Source: Candidatus Krumholzibacteriota bacterium (GTDB lineage Bacteria; Krumholzibacteriota; Krumholzibacteriia; JAJRXK01). From it: DNA of 64,000 bases. The position numbers and the translations under genes are program-made. Each line of letters starts with the position of its first letter. Position 1 is the stretch's first letter. The stretch spans positions 86,803 to 150,802 of the forward strand of contig CAWDWO010000013.1 in the NCBI GenBank assembly GCA_963806035.1, read 5' to 3'. This document shows positions 55,204 through 64,000 of this stretch, piece after piece. The notes beneath the pieces are model-generated. The model saw only the letters and a list, made by a program, of their open reading frames with translations. It made no database searches and was not told where the DNA came from.

Positions 55204-56535
55204 ATGCCGACATCCGCGCCCACTTCTTCCACGACCCCGCCCCCCATGGGACGGGGTCGAAACGTATTGATGATCGTCACCGGAGGCATTGCGGCCTACA
55301 AGAGCTGCATCGTGCTGCGCCTGCTCCAGGAGGCCGGCTGCCGCGTGCGAGTGGCCATGACCGAGTCCGCGACGCGCATGGTGACCCCTCTCACCTTTGA
55401 AGCGCTCTCCGGGCAGGCGGTGGGCACCAGCCTGTGGGGAGATGGAGGGGCGCAACCTCTCGATCACGTCCACTGGGCTCAGAGCTGCGATCTCATCCTG
55501 GTGGTTCCCGCGACCGCGAATTTTTTGGCCAAGATGGCGCACGGTCTGGCGGACGACCTGCCCTCGACCCTCATAAGTGCAGCTGACGCGCCGATCCTGG
55601 CCGCGCCCGCCATGAACGACCGCATGTGGGAGAACCCCGCGAATCAGGAGAACTTGAGCACTCTTCGGGCGCGCGGCGTGGAGATCGTCGAACCCGAAAG
55701 CGGCTGGCTGGCCTGCGGTACCGTCTCTCTGGGGCGCCTGGCCGCGCCCGAGTTGATCGCGGAGAGGGCTCTCGCGCGCATGGGAGGCGGTCCTTTGGCA
55801 GCTCGCTCGGTTTTGGTCACCGCGGGCGGCAGCCGCGAGGCCATCGACGCCGTGCGCTATCTGGGCAATCGAAGCAGCGGTCGCATGGGCATGGCGCTGG
55901 CCGCGGCCGCACGCGACCTGGGGGCGCGGGTGACCCTCTGCCTGGGTCCCACCGAGCTTGCGCCTCCTGCAGGAGTGAGCGTGCTCCGCTTCGAGAGCGC
56001 GGCCGAACTGGCGGAAATCACCCTGGCCGAGGCCCAGCATCACGAGTTCGTGTTCATGGCCGCCGCGGTCGCCGATTATCGGCCCAAGAATCCCAGCAAG
56101 AGCAAATGGAAGAAGAGTGAGGGTCCCCCCAAGCTCGAATTGACGGCGACCCAGGACATCCTGAGCGAGCTCGGCCGCAAGAAGCGCGCGGATCAATTCC
56201 TGGCCGGCTTCGCGCTGGAGACCGGTAGCGACGCGGAGCTGGAAAAAGAGGCGGTGCGGAAGGCGGTGGCCAAGAAGCTCGACCTGGTCCTGGGCAATCA
56301 CGCCGACCGTGAGGGCGAGGGCTTTCAGTCCTCGACCAACCGGATCTTCCTGGTCGACGGCCAGGGCCGCGGTCTCTGGCTGGGTCCGGCCGAAAAGGAC
56401 GAGCTGGCGCGGCTCATCTGGAAGCGGGTTTTGCAGCTGCAAGAGGGCGAGAACGATGGAATCGAACTGGCCGCGCACGAGAAGCGTCCCGCTGGCGCGC
56501 GCGCGGGCAAAAAGAAAAAAGGCGGGAAGGAGTAG
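55204..56535 (+). CDS. coaBC: Phosphopantothenoylcysteine decarboxylase/ligase
   Basis: VTGGIAAYK, PATAN, APAMN.RMW, LACG, VTAG..RE.ID.VRY.GN.SSGRMG, AAVADY and GFALET motifs. Confidence 0.96.
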   Translation: MPTSAPTSSTTPPPMGRGRNVLMIVTGGIAAYKSCIVLRLLQEAGCRVRVAMTESATRMVTPLTFEALSGQAVGTSLWGDGGAQPLDHVHWAQSCDLILVVPATANFLAKMAHGLADDLPSTLISAADAPILAAPAMNDRMWENPANQENLSTLRARGVEIVEPESGWLACGTVSLGRLAAPELIAERALARMGGGPLAARSVLVTAGGSREAIDAVRYLGNRSSGRMGMALAAAARDLGARVTLCLGPTELAPPAGVSVLRFESAAELAEITLAEAQHHEFVFMAAAVADYRPKNPSKSKWKKSEGPPKLELTATQDILSELGRKKRADQFLAGFALETGSDAELEKEAVRKAVAKKLDLVLGNHADREGEGFQSSTNRIFLVDGQGRGLWLGPAEKDELARLIWKRVLQLQEGENDGIELAAHEKRPAGARAGKKKKGGKE

Positions 56536-56537
56536 GG

Positions 56538-57287
56538 GTGAGCGATCCACGTTTCGAGAACATCGCCAGCGACCTTCGCACTTGGCTCGCGCAGCAGCAG
56601 TCCACGGGGAAGGAGCGGGTCCACGTGGACTGGGAGCGGGTGCAGCAGATCCAGCAGGGCGCGAAGGCGCTCCGGAGGGAGAGTGGAAGTGTCGCGCGGA
56701 AGGCGGATTCCACCGAAGCCTCAGCTCAGGCCGAAGCGCTGCGCGTGCTCGCGCAAGAGGTTGCCGGCTGCGTGAAGTGCAAGCTGCACTCCACCCGCAC
56801 CCAGACCGTGTTCGGGGTGGGAAATCCCAATGCCGACCTGGTTTTCGTGGGGGAGGCGCCGGGCCGCGACGAGGACCTGCAGGGAGAGCCCTTCGTGGGC
56901 GCGGCCGGCCAATTGCTCACCAAGATCCTGAGCGCGATCGATCTCGCGCGCGAGGAAGTTTACATCTGCAACGTGCTGAAGTGCCGCCCGCCGCAGAATC
57001 GCGATCCCGAAGCTGATGAAGTTCAGTCCTGCGAACCCTACCTGAAGCGGCAGCTCGACATTCTGCAGCCCAAGCTCATTTGCTGCCTGGGGCGTCACGC
57101 CGCGCATACCCTTCTGGGCACCACGGCCAGCCTCAAGAGTCTAAGAAGTCACATCCACGACTACTACGGAATCCCCACGCTGGTCACCTACCACCCGGCC
57201 GCGCTTCTGCGAAATCCGCAATGGAAGCGACCGACCTGGGAAGACGTGCAGAAACTGCGCGCGATGTACGATCGGCTGCGCGGCTGA
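56538..57287 (+). CDS. Family 4 uracil-DNA glycosylase (Fe-S)
   Basis: CVKC, GEAPGRDED..GEPFVG, NVLKCRPP.NRDP, C and TYHPAALL motifs. Confidence 0.93.
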   Translation: MSDPRFENIASDLRTWLAQQQSTGKERVHVDWERVQQIQQGAKALRRESGSVARKADSTEASAQAEALRVLAQEVAGCVKCKLHSTRTQTVFGVGNPNADLVFVGEAPGRDEDLQGEPFVGAAGQLLTKILSAIDLAREEVYICNVLKCRPPQNRDPEADEVQSCEPYLKRQLDILQPKLICCLGRHAAHTLLGTTASLKSLRSHIHDYYGIPTLVTYHPAALLRNPQWKRPTWEDVQKLRAMYDRLRG

Positions 57288-57289
57288 AC

Positions 57290-57874
57290 TCAGGCCTTCT
57301 TGAAGTTCTCCGCCACGTTGTCCCAGTTCACGAGCTTGGTCATGATGGTCTCGATGAACTTGGCGCGGTCGTTGCGATAGTCGATGTAGTAGGCATGCTC
57401 CCACACGTCGATGGTCAGAAGGGCAGTGGCCCCGTGGGTCATCGGCGTGTCGGCGTTGGCGGTGCTCATCAACTCCAGCTTGCCGTTCTTCTTCACGAGC
57501 CAGCCCCAACCGCTGCCGAAGTGCGTGGCGCAGGTCTTGGAGAATCCTTCCTTGAAGGACTGATAGTCACCGAAGTCCTTTTCGATCGCCTTCATGAGTT
57601 CGCCGGAGGGCGTGCCGCCACCCTTGGGCTTGAGGCACTTCCAGAAGAAGCTGTGGTTGTAGTGCTGCGCGGCGTTGTTGAACACGCCGCCAGTCGCTCC
57701 CTGGATGATTTCCTCCAGTTTCTTGTCGGCCCATTCCGTGCCTTCGATGGCATTGTTGAGCTTGGTGACATAGCCGTTGTGATGCTTACCGTGGTGGTAC
57801 TCCAGAGTCTCGGCGCTCATGTAGGGATCCAGTGCGTTCTTGTCGAAGGGAAGAGCAGGAAGCTCGAAGCTCAT
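57290..57874 (-). CDS. sodB: Superoxide dismutase, probably Fe type
   Basis: HHGKHH, FNNAAQHYNHSFFW (Fe-type AAQ), FGSGW and DVWEHAYY motifs. Confidence 0.93.
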   Translation of the reverse strand: MSFELPALPFDKNALDPYMSAETLEYHHGKHHNGYVTKLNNAIEGTEWADKKLEEIIQGATGGVFNNAAQHYNHSFFWKCLKPKGGGTPSGELMKAIEKDFGDYQSFKEGFSKTCATHFGSGWGWLVKKNGKLELMSTANADTPMTHGATALLTIDVWEHAYYIDYRNDRAKFIETIMTKLVNWDNVAENFKKA

Positions 57875-57958
57875 GGTAGACCTTTCTTAGGCTAAGGGTT
57901 GAGGTCGTGTACGCCGGACAGAATAAGCAGAGCGCGCACAGGCGCCATATTTGCCGCC

Positions 57959-58043
57959 TTATCCGCGGCTTATCCCCATCTATCCCCAATGCATCCCCCA
58001 CTTATGCCCCACTTATGCCCCACTTATACCCCAAGTCGTCCCA
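57959..58043. repeat. Helically phased ~11-bp tandem repeat array (consensus ~CTTAT(G/C)CCCCA, 7-8 units)
   Basis: Units TTATCCGCG 57959, TTATCCCCA 57970, CTATCCCCA 57980, GCATCCCCCA 57991, TTATGCCCCA 58002 and 58013, TTATACCCCA 58024, GTCGTCCCA 58035. Confidence 0.85.
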
Positions 58044-58074
58044 ACCATTTGTGGGCTCGGCCTCTGGCTGCGAC

Positions 58075-58103
58075 TTGAAGAGTCCGCTCGCGAGAGCTAT
58101 TCT
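58075..58103 (+). promoter_or_regulatory. sigma70 promoter of dnaB
   Basis: TTGAAG (58075-80), 17 nt, TATTCT (58098-103). Confidence 0.55.
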
Positions 58104-58177
58104 GGATCCCCCGCGCGATCGCCAAGCATCGAGGATCGTATTGCGCCCCGCTCTTTCCGCCTCGCCAAGGTGATCTG

Positions 58178-59638
58178 ATGGATCAACCCCAGTTCCAGCC
58201 CCTTCCTCGGCGCGAGGAGGCCCAACTTCCCAGAGACCGGGTTCCTCCCCAGGCGCAGGATGCCGAGCGCGCGGTGCTGTCCGCGTGTTTGCAGAGCGCG
58301 GACGCCCTGGGCGAATCGATGGAGCTGCTCAGACCGCAGGATTTCTACGTCCCCCGCCATCGCGCGGTGTATCAATCGCTGATCGCCCTCAGCGAACGCG
58401 GCGAACCGGCCGACCTCATCACTCTCGCCGACCATCTGGAGAGCCAGGGCGAGTTGGCCAAGATGGGTGGACCCGCCGAACTCGATGCCATGCTGGACGT
58501 CGCGGCCAGTCCGGCCAACGTGAGCTATCACGCGCGCATCGTGCGCCAGCGCGCGCTCTTGCGCGAAGTCATCGCGGTCAGTCACTCCACCGCCAAGGAT
58601 GCCTACGAGGGTGGCGAGACCGCCGAGGAGATTCTCGATCGCGCCCAGAACGAGCTCTTCGTATTGGCGCAGCAGGCCGAGAAGAAGGGCTACCAGGCCC
58701 TCAAGGATCTGGCCAATCTCACCTTCCAGCACATTCAAGAGGCCTACCAGCGCGGCGGTGAGATCACCGGAGTACCCTCGGGCTTCAACGATCTGGACAA
58801 ACTCACCGGGGGCTTTCAGCCCAGCGACTTCGTCATCCTGGCGGGACGCCCTTCCATGGGGAAGACGGCCATCGCTCTCAACCTGGCCTGTAATGCGGCC
58901 TCGAACGGGCATCCGGTGGGTTTCTTCAGCCTGGAAATGTCCTCCGAACAGCTCGTCACGCGCCTGATCTCCTCGATGGGCGGATTCGACAACCATGCCA
59001 TTCGCACCGGGCGTCTCAAGCCGACCGATTGGCCGCGATTGACCGAAGCACTGGGCAAGCTCACCCAGCTTCCGGTCTACATCGACGACAGCAGCGGGAT
59101 CAGTGTGCTCGAGCTGCGCTCCAAGGCGCGCCGCATGGCGCAACTTCACGGCGTCAAGCTGATCGTGGTCGACTACCTGCAGCTGATGAGCAGTCACAAT
59201 CGCAGCGAGAATCGTCAACAGGAGATCAGTCAGATCTCGCGTTCTCTGAAGGCGCTGGCCAAGGACCTGGGCGTCACGGTGATCGCGCTCTCGCAACTTT
59301 CCCGCGCGGTCGAGAGCCGTGGAGGTGATCATCGCCCCATGCTCAGCGACTTGCGCGAGTCCGGCGCCATCGAACAGGACGCCGACATGGTCAGTTTCGT
59401 GTACCGCCAGGAATACTACGAGCCGGACAACCCCGAACTGGCCAACCTGGCGGAACTCATCATCGGGAAGCAACGCAACGGACCCATTGGAACGGTGAAG
59501 CTGCACTTCGATCGGCGTTTCACTCGCTTCTCGAATCTCGCGCGCGAGAAGGCGCCCCCCAGGGACTACTCGCCGGCGCGCGCCTCCCAGGGTCCGCCGC
59601 CCACGCCCGAGGGCGATCCCGGTCCCGATTTCTTGTAA
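58178..59638 (+). CDS. dnaB: Replicative DNA helicase
   Basis: PPQ..DAERAVL, AGRPSMGKT, FSLEMS, VDYLQLM, ALSQLSR, LSDLRESGAIEQDAD and KQRNGP motifs; no intein. Confidence 0.97.
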   Translation: MDQPQFQPLPRREEAQLPRDRVPPQAQDAERAVLSACLQSADALGESMELLRPQDFYVPRHRAVYQSLIALSERGEPADLITLADHLESQGELAKMGGPAELDAMLDVAASPANVSYHARIVRQRALLREVIAVSHSTAKDAYEGGETAEEILDRAQNELFVLAQQAEKKGYQALKDLANLTFQHIQEAYQRGGEITGVPSGFNDLDKLTGGFQPSDFVILAGRPSMGKTAIALNLACNAASNGHPVGFFSLEMSSEQLVTRLISSMGGFDNHAIRTGRLKPTDWPRLTEALGKLTQLPVYIDDSSGISVLELRSKARRMAQLHGVKLIVVDYLQLMSSHNRSENRQQEISQISRSLKALAKDLGVTVIALSQLSRAVESRGGDHRPMLSDLRESGAIEQDADMVSFVYRQEYYEPDNPELANLAELIIGKQRNGPIGTVKLHFDRRFTRFSNLAREKAPPRDYSPARASQGPPPTPEGDPGPDFL

Positions 59639-59648
59639 ATCCCCGTCG

Positions 59649-59684
59649 TTGCCGCCCGAGCGCGCGAACGCCTATACTGCCTCC

Positions 59685-59685
<1 letters not shown>
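59649..59685 (+). promoter_or_regulatory. sigma70 promoter placing the TSS at the mlaE ATG (leaderless)
   Basis: TTGCCG (59649-54), 18 nt, TATACT (59673-78), 6 nt, ATG 59685; no SD. Confidence 0.55.
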
Positions 59686-60466
<781 letters not shown>

Positions 60467-60470
<4 letters not shown>

Positions 60471-61225
60471 ACGAGACGGGCATCACTCTCAGCGGGCTCT
60501 TCAAGAGCTTCGGCGGGCAGGCGGTTCTGCACGGAGTCGATCTGCACATCGCGCGCGGGGAGCAGCGGGTCATCCTGGGCAAGAGCGGTCAGGGCAAGAG
60601 CGTGTTGCTGAAATTGATGGTGGGGCTCCTCATGCCCGACGAGGGCTCGGTGCTCGTGGATGGACAGGAAGTGACGCGGCTTTCCCGGCGCGGTCTCTTC
60701 TCCCTGCGGCGTCGCTTCGGCATGGTCTTCCAGGGAGGGGCGCTTTTCGATTCGATGACGGTGGGAGAGAACATCGCGTTGGCGCTGCGCGAGCACACCA
60801 ACGACAGCGATGAGCGCGTGCGCGAGAGAGTGCAGGCATCGCTCATCCAGGTTGGCCTGGAGCAGGCCTACGAGAAGATGCCCTCCGAACTGAGCGGAGG
60901 GATGCGCAAGCGCGCGAGCCTGGCGCGAGCTATCGTGACGCAGCCCGAGTACATCCTGTATGATGAACCCACCACGGGGCTCGATCCCATTTCGGCCGAC
61001 GCAATCAACTTGCTCATTCGCCAGCTCGACGAGGAACTCGGAGTCACCTCGATCGTGGTCACGCACGACATGGCGAGTGCGTTCAAGGTGGGTCGGCGCT
61101 TCGCGCTTCTCAACGAGGGCCGCATCATCTTCGAGGGCTCGAGCCAAGAAGCGCAAGCCACCACGGAGGGCCCGATGCGCCAGTTCATCGACGGAACGAG
61201 CCAGGGTCCTCTTCATGCCTTTTAG
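60467..61225 (+). CDS. mlaF: MlaF family ABC ATPase
   Basis: GKSGQGKS, VFQGGALFDS, LSGGMRKR, YDEPTTGLDP and VTHD motifs. Confidence 0.92.
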
Positions 61226-61237
61226 TAGGAGCGCGCC

Positions 61238-62149
61238 ATGACGGCATCCGCCCGCAGTCGACAGGAAATTCAGGTGGGGATCGTGGTGATTCTCTCCGTC
61301 ATCGTGCTCGTCGCGGGACTGCTCTTTTTGCAGAACGTCCGCCTGCGGCAATCGACCCAGCTCGTGAAAGTCCACTTCACCAACGTGGGTGGACTGGCCA
61401 CCGGAGACCCGGTGCACGTACGCGGTATTCCTCTGGGCAAGGTGAGCGACATCCAGCTGGTGGACAAAGGGGTGCTCGTCCGTTGTCAGGTGGACGGAAG
61501 GGTGAAAATCCACGAGGACGCCGTCTTCCACATCTCCTCGGTCGGCCTGGTGGGCGAGCGCATCCTCGCCCTGGACCCGGGAACCGGCGCGGCGATCGCC
61601 CCGGAGAACCACGTCTTCGAGGGAATCTACGACTTCTCCATGCCCGAGCTCGCCGGCCAGATGGCGGATCTGGGCGACCGCTTCACTGAATTTCTCGACC
61701 GGCTGGAGAAGACAATGGACACTCTGGACGAGGACGACGGCTTGGCGGCGATTCTGCGCGAAGCAACGCGCGCCAGCCGCGAGCTGGCCACTTTCTTTCA
61801 GAGCAACCAGGCGCAAATGCAGGAGACCACGAGAAACGTGGCTTCGATGACGGCGCGCATGGATGATTTTCTCGTCGCTCATTCGGACAGCCTGGGCGCG
61901 AGCCTCGACCGCCTTCCCGCCAGCATGAGCCGAGTGGACAGCCTCATCGCACGGCTGGATCGTGTCACCGAGGACAGCCGCATTCTCCTGGCCGCGATCA
62001 ACGAACAGGACGGAGCGGTGGGCAAGCTCATTCACGACAAGGAACTGGGGGCGAAAGTGGAAGACAGCATTCTGCAGGTGAACGCGCTGATCGCGGACAT
62101 TCGGCGCAATCCCCAGCGCTATCTGCACCTGACTCTCATGCAGTTCTGA
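61238..62149 (+). CDS. mlaD: MCE (MlaD) family protein with helical extension
   Basis: N-terminal TM, F.NVGGL..GDPV...GI..GKV, GLVGER, and C-terminal DIRRNPQRY. Confidence 0.88.
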   Translation: MTASARSRQEIQVGIVVILSVIVLVAGLLFLQNVRLRQSTQLVKVHFTNVGGLATGDPVHVRGIPLGKVSDIQLVDKGVLVRCQVDGRVKIHEDAVFHISSVGLVGERILALDPGTGAAIAPENHVFEGIYDFSMPELAGQMADLGDRFTEFLDRLEKTMDTLDEDDGLAAILREATRASRELATFFQSNQAQMQETTRNVASMTARMDDFLVAHSDSLGASLDRLPASMSRVDSLIARLDRVTEDSRILLAAINEQDGAVGKLIHDKELGAKVEDSILQVNALIADIRRNPQRYLHLTLMQF

Positions 62150-62207
62150 CCCTCATTCGGGTTCGACGCTTGGACTTGTGGGCAAGCCTCCGGTTTGGAG
62201 TATGACG

Positions 62208-63623
62208 ATGAGCAAAGAGCGGAGCTCCTTCATTTGCGCGGAGTGCGGGCATCTCGAGGTGCGCTGGCTCGGGCGCTGCCCCGAGTGCGGTAGCTGGAAC
62301 TCCCTGCGCCCTTCGGGTCCCACTCCTTCGGGACTCTCCGCCGACGGACGCAGTGCGCGCGGGCTGCGCGCCGCCGCCAAGCTGGTGGAGGCCAAACCCC
62401 TCACCGAAGTGGACGCCGAGAGACTGCCCCGTCTTCCGATCGAGCCCAAGGACCTCAACCCTGTCCTGGGAGGGGGGCTGGTTCCGGGGAGTATCCTGCT
62501 CCTGGGAGGCGCGCCGGGTGTGGGCAAATCGACCCTGCTCACGATGATCGGCGGCGGTTTCGCGGCGAAGGGCGACAGCGCGGTCTACCTCTCGGCCGAA
62601 GAATCGGCGGCCCAGGTGCGACGTCGCGCCGCGCGGCTGAATTGTCTGCACGAGGGTTATCTGGTGTTGGAGGAACCCTGCCTGGAGCGAGTGCTGCCCA
62701 CCCTCTACGAGAATCCTCCCACCTTCCTGGTGGTGGATTCCATCCAGACCGTCTACAGCGAACAGCTGGAGGGAATCCCCGGCAGCGTCTCGCAGATTCG
62801 ATTCTGTGGCGGCCTTCTGGCCGACTTCGCGCGCGCCACCGGCTGCGCGGTGGCCCTGGCCGGTCACGTCACCAAGGACGGCGATCTGGCTGGACCGCGC
62901 GTGCTGGAACACCTGGTCGACCTCGTGCTGTACTTCGAACCCGATGCCCACGGGATGGTGCGGCTGATTCGCGCCTTCAAAAACCGCTTCGGCGCCACCG
63001 GGGAACTGGCCGTGCTGGAGATGACTGGCACCGGCTTGCGTCCGGTGCGCGATCCGAGCGCGCTGTTCTTGGCCGGACGCCTGGTGAACGAGCCCGGCAG
63101 CGCGGTCACCGTAATCCAAACCGGAACGCGCCCCTTCCTGGTGGAAGTGCAAGCTCTTCTGAGCCCCAGCCATTACGCCACGCCCTCGCGCGTGGTGGCG
63201 GGGGTCGATTCCAAGCGGGTCGCACTGCTCGCCGCCATCTTGGAGCGCAAGGGCAACATGCAGGTGGGCGGCCTCGACGTCTTCGTGAAGATCGCCGGTG
63301 GGCTGAAGGTGCACGATCCGGCCGCCGACTTGGCCCTGATCGCGGCCATGGCGTCCAGCGTCAGGGAGCGGGCGCTCGCGGCCGAGCAGATTCTGTTGGG
63401 CGAGGTCGGACTGACCGGCGAGCTGCGGCCGGCGCAAAATCTGAAGCCGCGTTTGCAGGAAGCCGCGGCGCATGGCTTCCACCGAGCGGTGGTGGCCGCC
63501 TACGATGAACACTCCCTGCCCAAGATCAAGGGACTCAAGATCGAGGCGGTGCGCACGGTGAGCGCCGCTCTGGCCATCGCCTTCGGCATGGGAACGGTGA
63601 AGTCGCTGCGTGAGGAGAACTGA
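62208..63623 (+). CDS. radA: DNA repair protein RadA/Sms
   Basis: C4 zinc finger, GAPGVGKST, VDSIQT, GHVTKDG..AGP..LEHLVD, KNRFG and GEVGLTGE motifs. Confidence 0.96.
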   Translation: MSKERSSFICAECGHLEVRWLGRCPECGSWNSLRPSGPTPSGLSADGRSARGLRAAAKLVEAKPLTEVDAERLPRLPIEPKDLNPVLGGGLVPGSILLLGGAPGVGKSTLLTMIGGGFAAKGDSAVYLSAEESAAQVRRRAARLNCLHEGYLVLEEPCLERVLPTLYENPPTFLVVDSIQTVYSEQLEGIPGSVSQIRFCGGLLADFARATGCAVALAGHVTKDGDLAGPRVLEHLVDLVLYFEPDAHGMVRLIRAFKNRFGATGELAVLEMTGTGLRPVRDPSALFLAGRLVNEPGSAVTVIQTGTRPFLVEVQALLSPSHYATPSRVVAGVDSKRVALLAAILERKGNMQVGGLDVFVKIAGGLKVHDPAADLALIAAMASSVRERALAAEQILLGEVGLTGELRPAQNLKPRLQEAAAHGFHRAVVAAYDEHSLPKIKGLKIEAVRTVSAALAIAFGMGTVKSLREEN

Positions 63624-63626
63624 CGC

Positions 63627-64000
63627 ATGGTGAAGAAGTTCTCGGTGTGCGCCGTGGTTCTGGCCGCGGGCCAGGGCAAGCGGGCCGGAGGGGCCAAGCA
63701 GTTCAAGCGCGTGGCCGGACGCAGTCTGCTCTACCACGCCTGCGCGCCCTTCCTCGCCAGCTCCGAGGTCGAGGGCCTGGTGGTCGTGGTGCCCCGCGGG
63801 CGCAGCAGCGAAGTCACCGAGGAGATGTTCGACTGCGACGCGCGCAAGCTCCTCTCGGTGGTGGTGGGAGGGAAGACGCGACACGAGAGCTCGCGCCGCG
63901 GCCTGGCCGCCTTGCCCCAGGGCTGCGAAATCGTCCTGATCCACGACGCGGCGCGCCCCTTCGTCACTCCCAAGCTCATCCGCCGCGTCATCGCCGGCGC
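63627..64000 (+). CDS. ispD: 2-C-methyl-D-erythritol 4-phosphate cytidylyltransferase, 3' truncated (not in ORF track)
   Basis: GAGGAG RBS; translated by hand as MVKKFSVCAVVLAAGQGKRAGGAKQF...GGKTRHESS...VLIHDAARPFV. Confidence 0.92.
   Translation, partial: MVKKFSVCAVVLAAGQGKRAGGAKQFKRVAGRSLLYHACAPFLASSEVEGLVVVVPRGRSSEVTEEMFDCDARKLLSVVVGGKTRHESSRRGLAALPQGCEIVLIHDAARPFVTPKLIRRVIAG

Noticed and set aside
57959..58043. CRISPR array, or a confident oriC call, for the repeat array
   Set aside because: Units are ~11 bp with no spacers and no cas genes. For oriC there is no clear AT-rich unwinding element or DnaA-trio run, no dnaA nearby, and gene orientation does not switch across the site.

Overview
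A 64-kb, GC-rich, gene-dense stretch of core bacterial chromosome with about 50 CDS, all but three on the + strand. The host is a diderm: the window has mla genes, lipoproteins and an outer-membrane barrel. The DUF4159/DUF4175/DUF4783-like content and gene order suggest an FCB-group lineage (inference only). Housekeeping genes are envC-like (partial), holB, tatD, rsmA, secD, secF, nnr, tsaD, priA, rho, rpmE, prfA, prmC, trkH, murA, selB, rqcH-like, yicC, gmk, rpoZ, coaBC, family-4 udg, sodB, dnaB, mlaEFD, radA and ispD (partial). I saw no rRNA, tRNA, CRISPR array or mobile element. The most notable observations are: (1) a five-gene c-di-GMP/two-component operon with two paralogous histidine kinases fused to GAF plus partly degenerate HD-GYP domains, behind a sigma54-like promoter; (2) a helically phased ~11-bp repeat array (DnaA-box or MraZ-box-like) between divergent sodB and dnaB; (3) a promoter-defined, three-way-junction structured RNA leader in front of a 64-aa zinc-ribbon gene; (4) a -1 frameshift in a G run in prfA, and an apparent trkH-lipoprotein fusion, both possibly homopolymer errors; (5) two uncharacterised envelope clusters; (6) probable leaderless priA and mlaE mRNAs.
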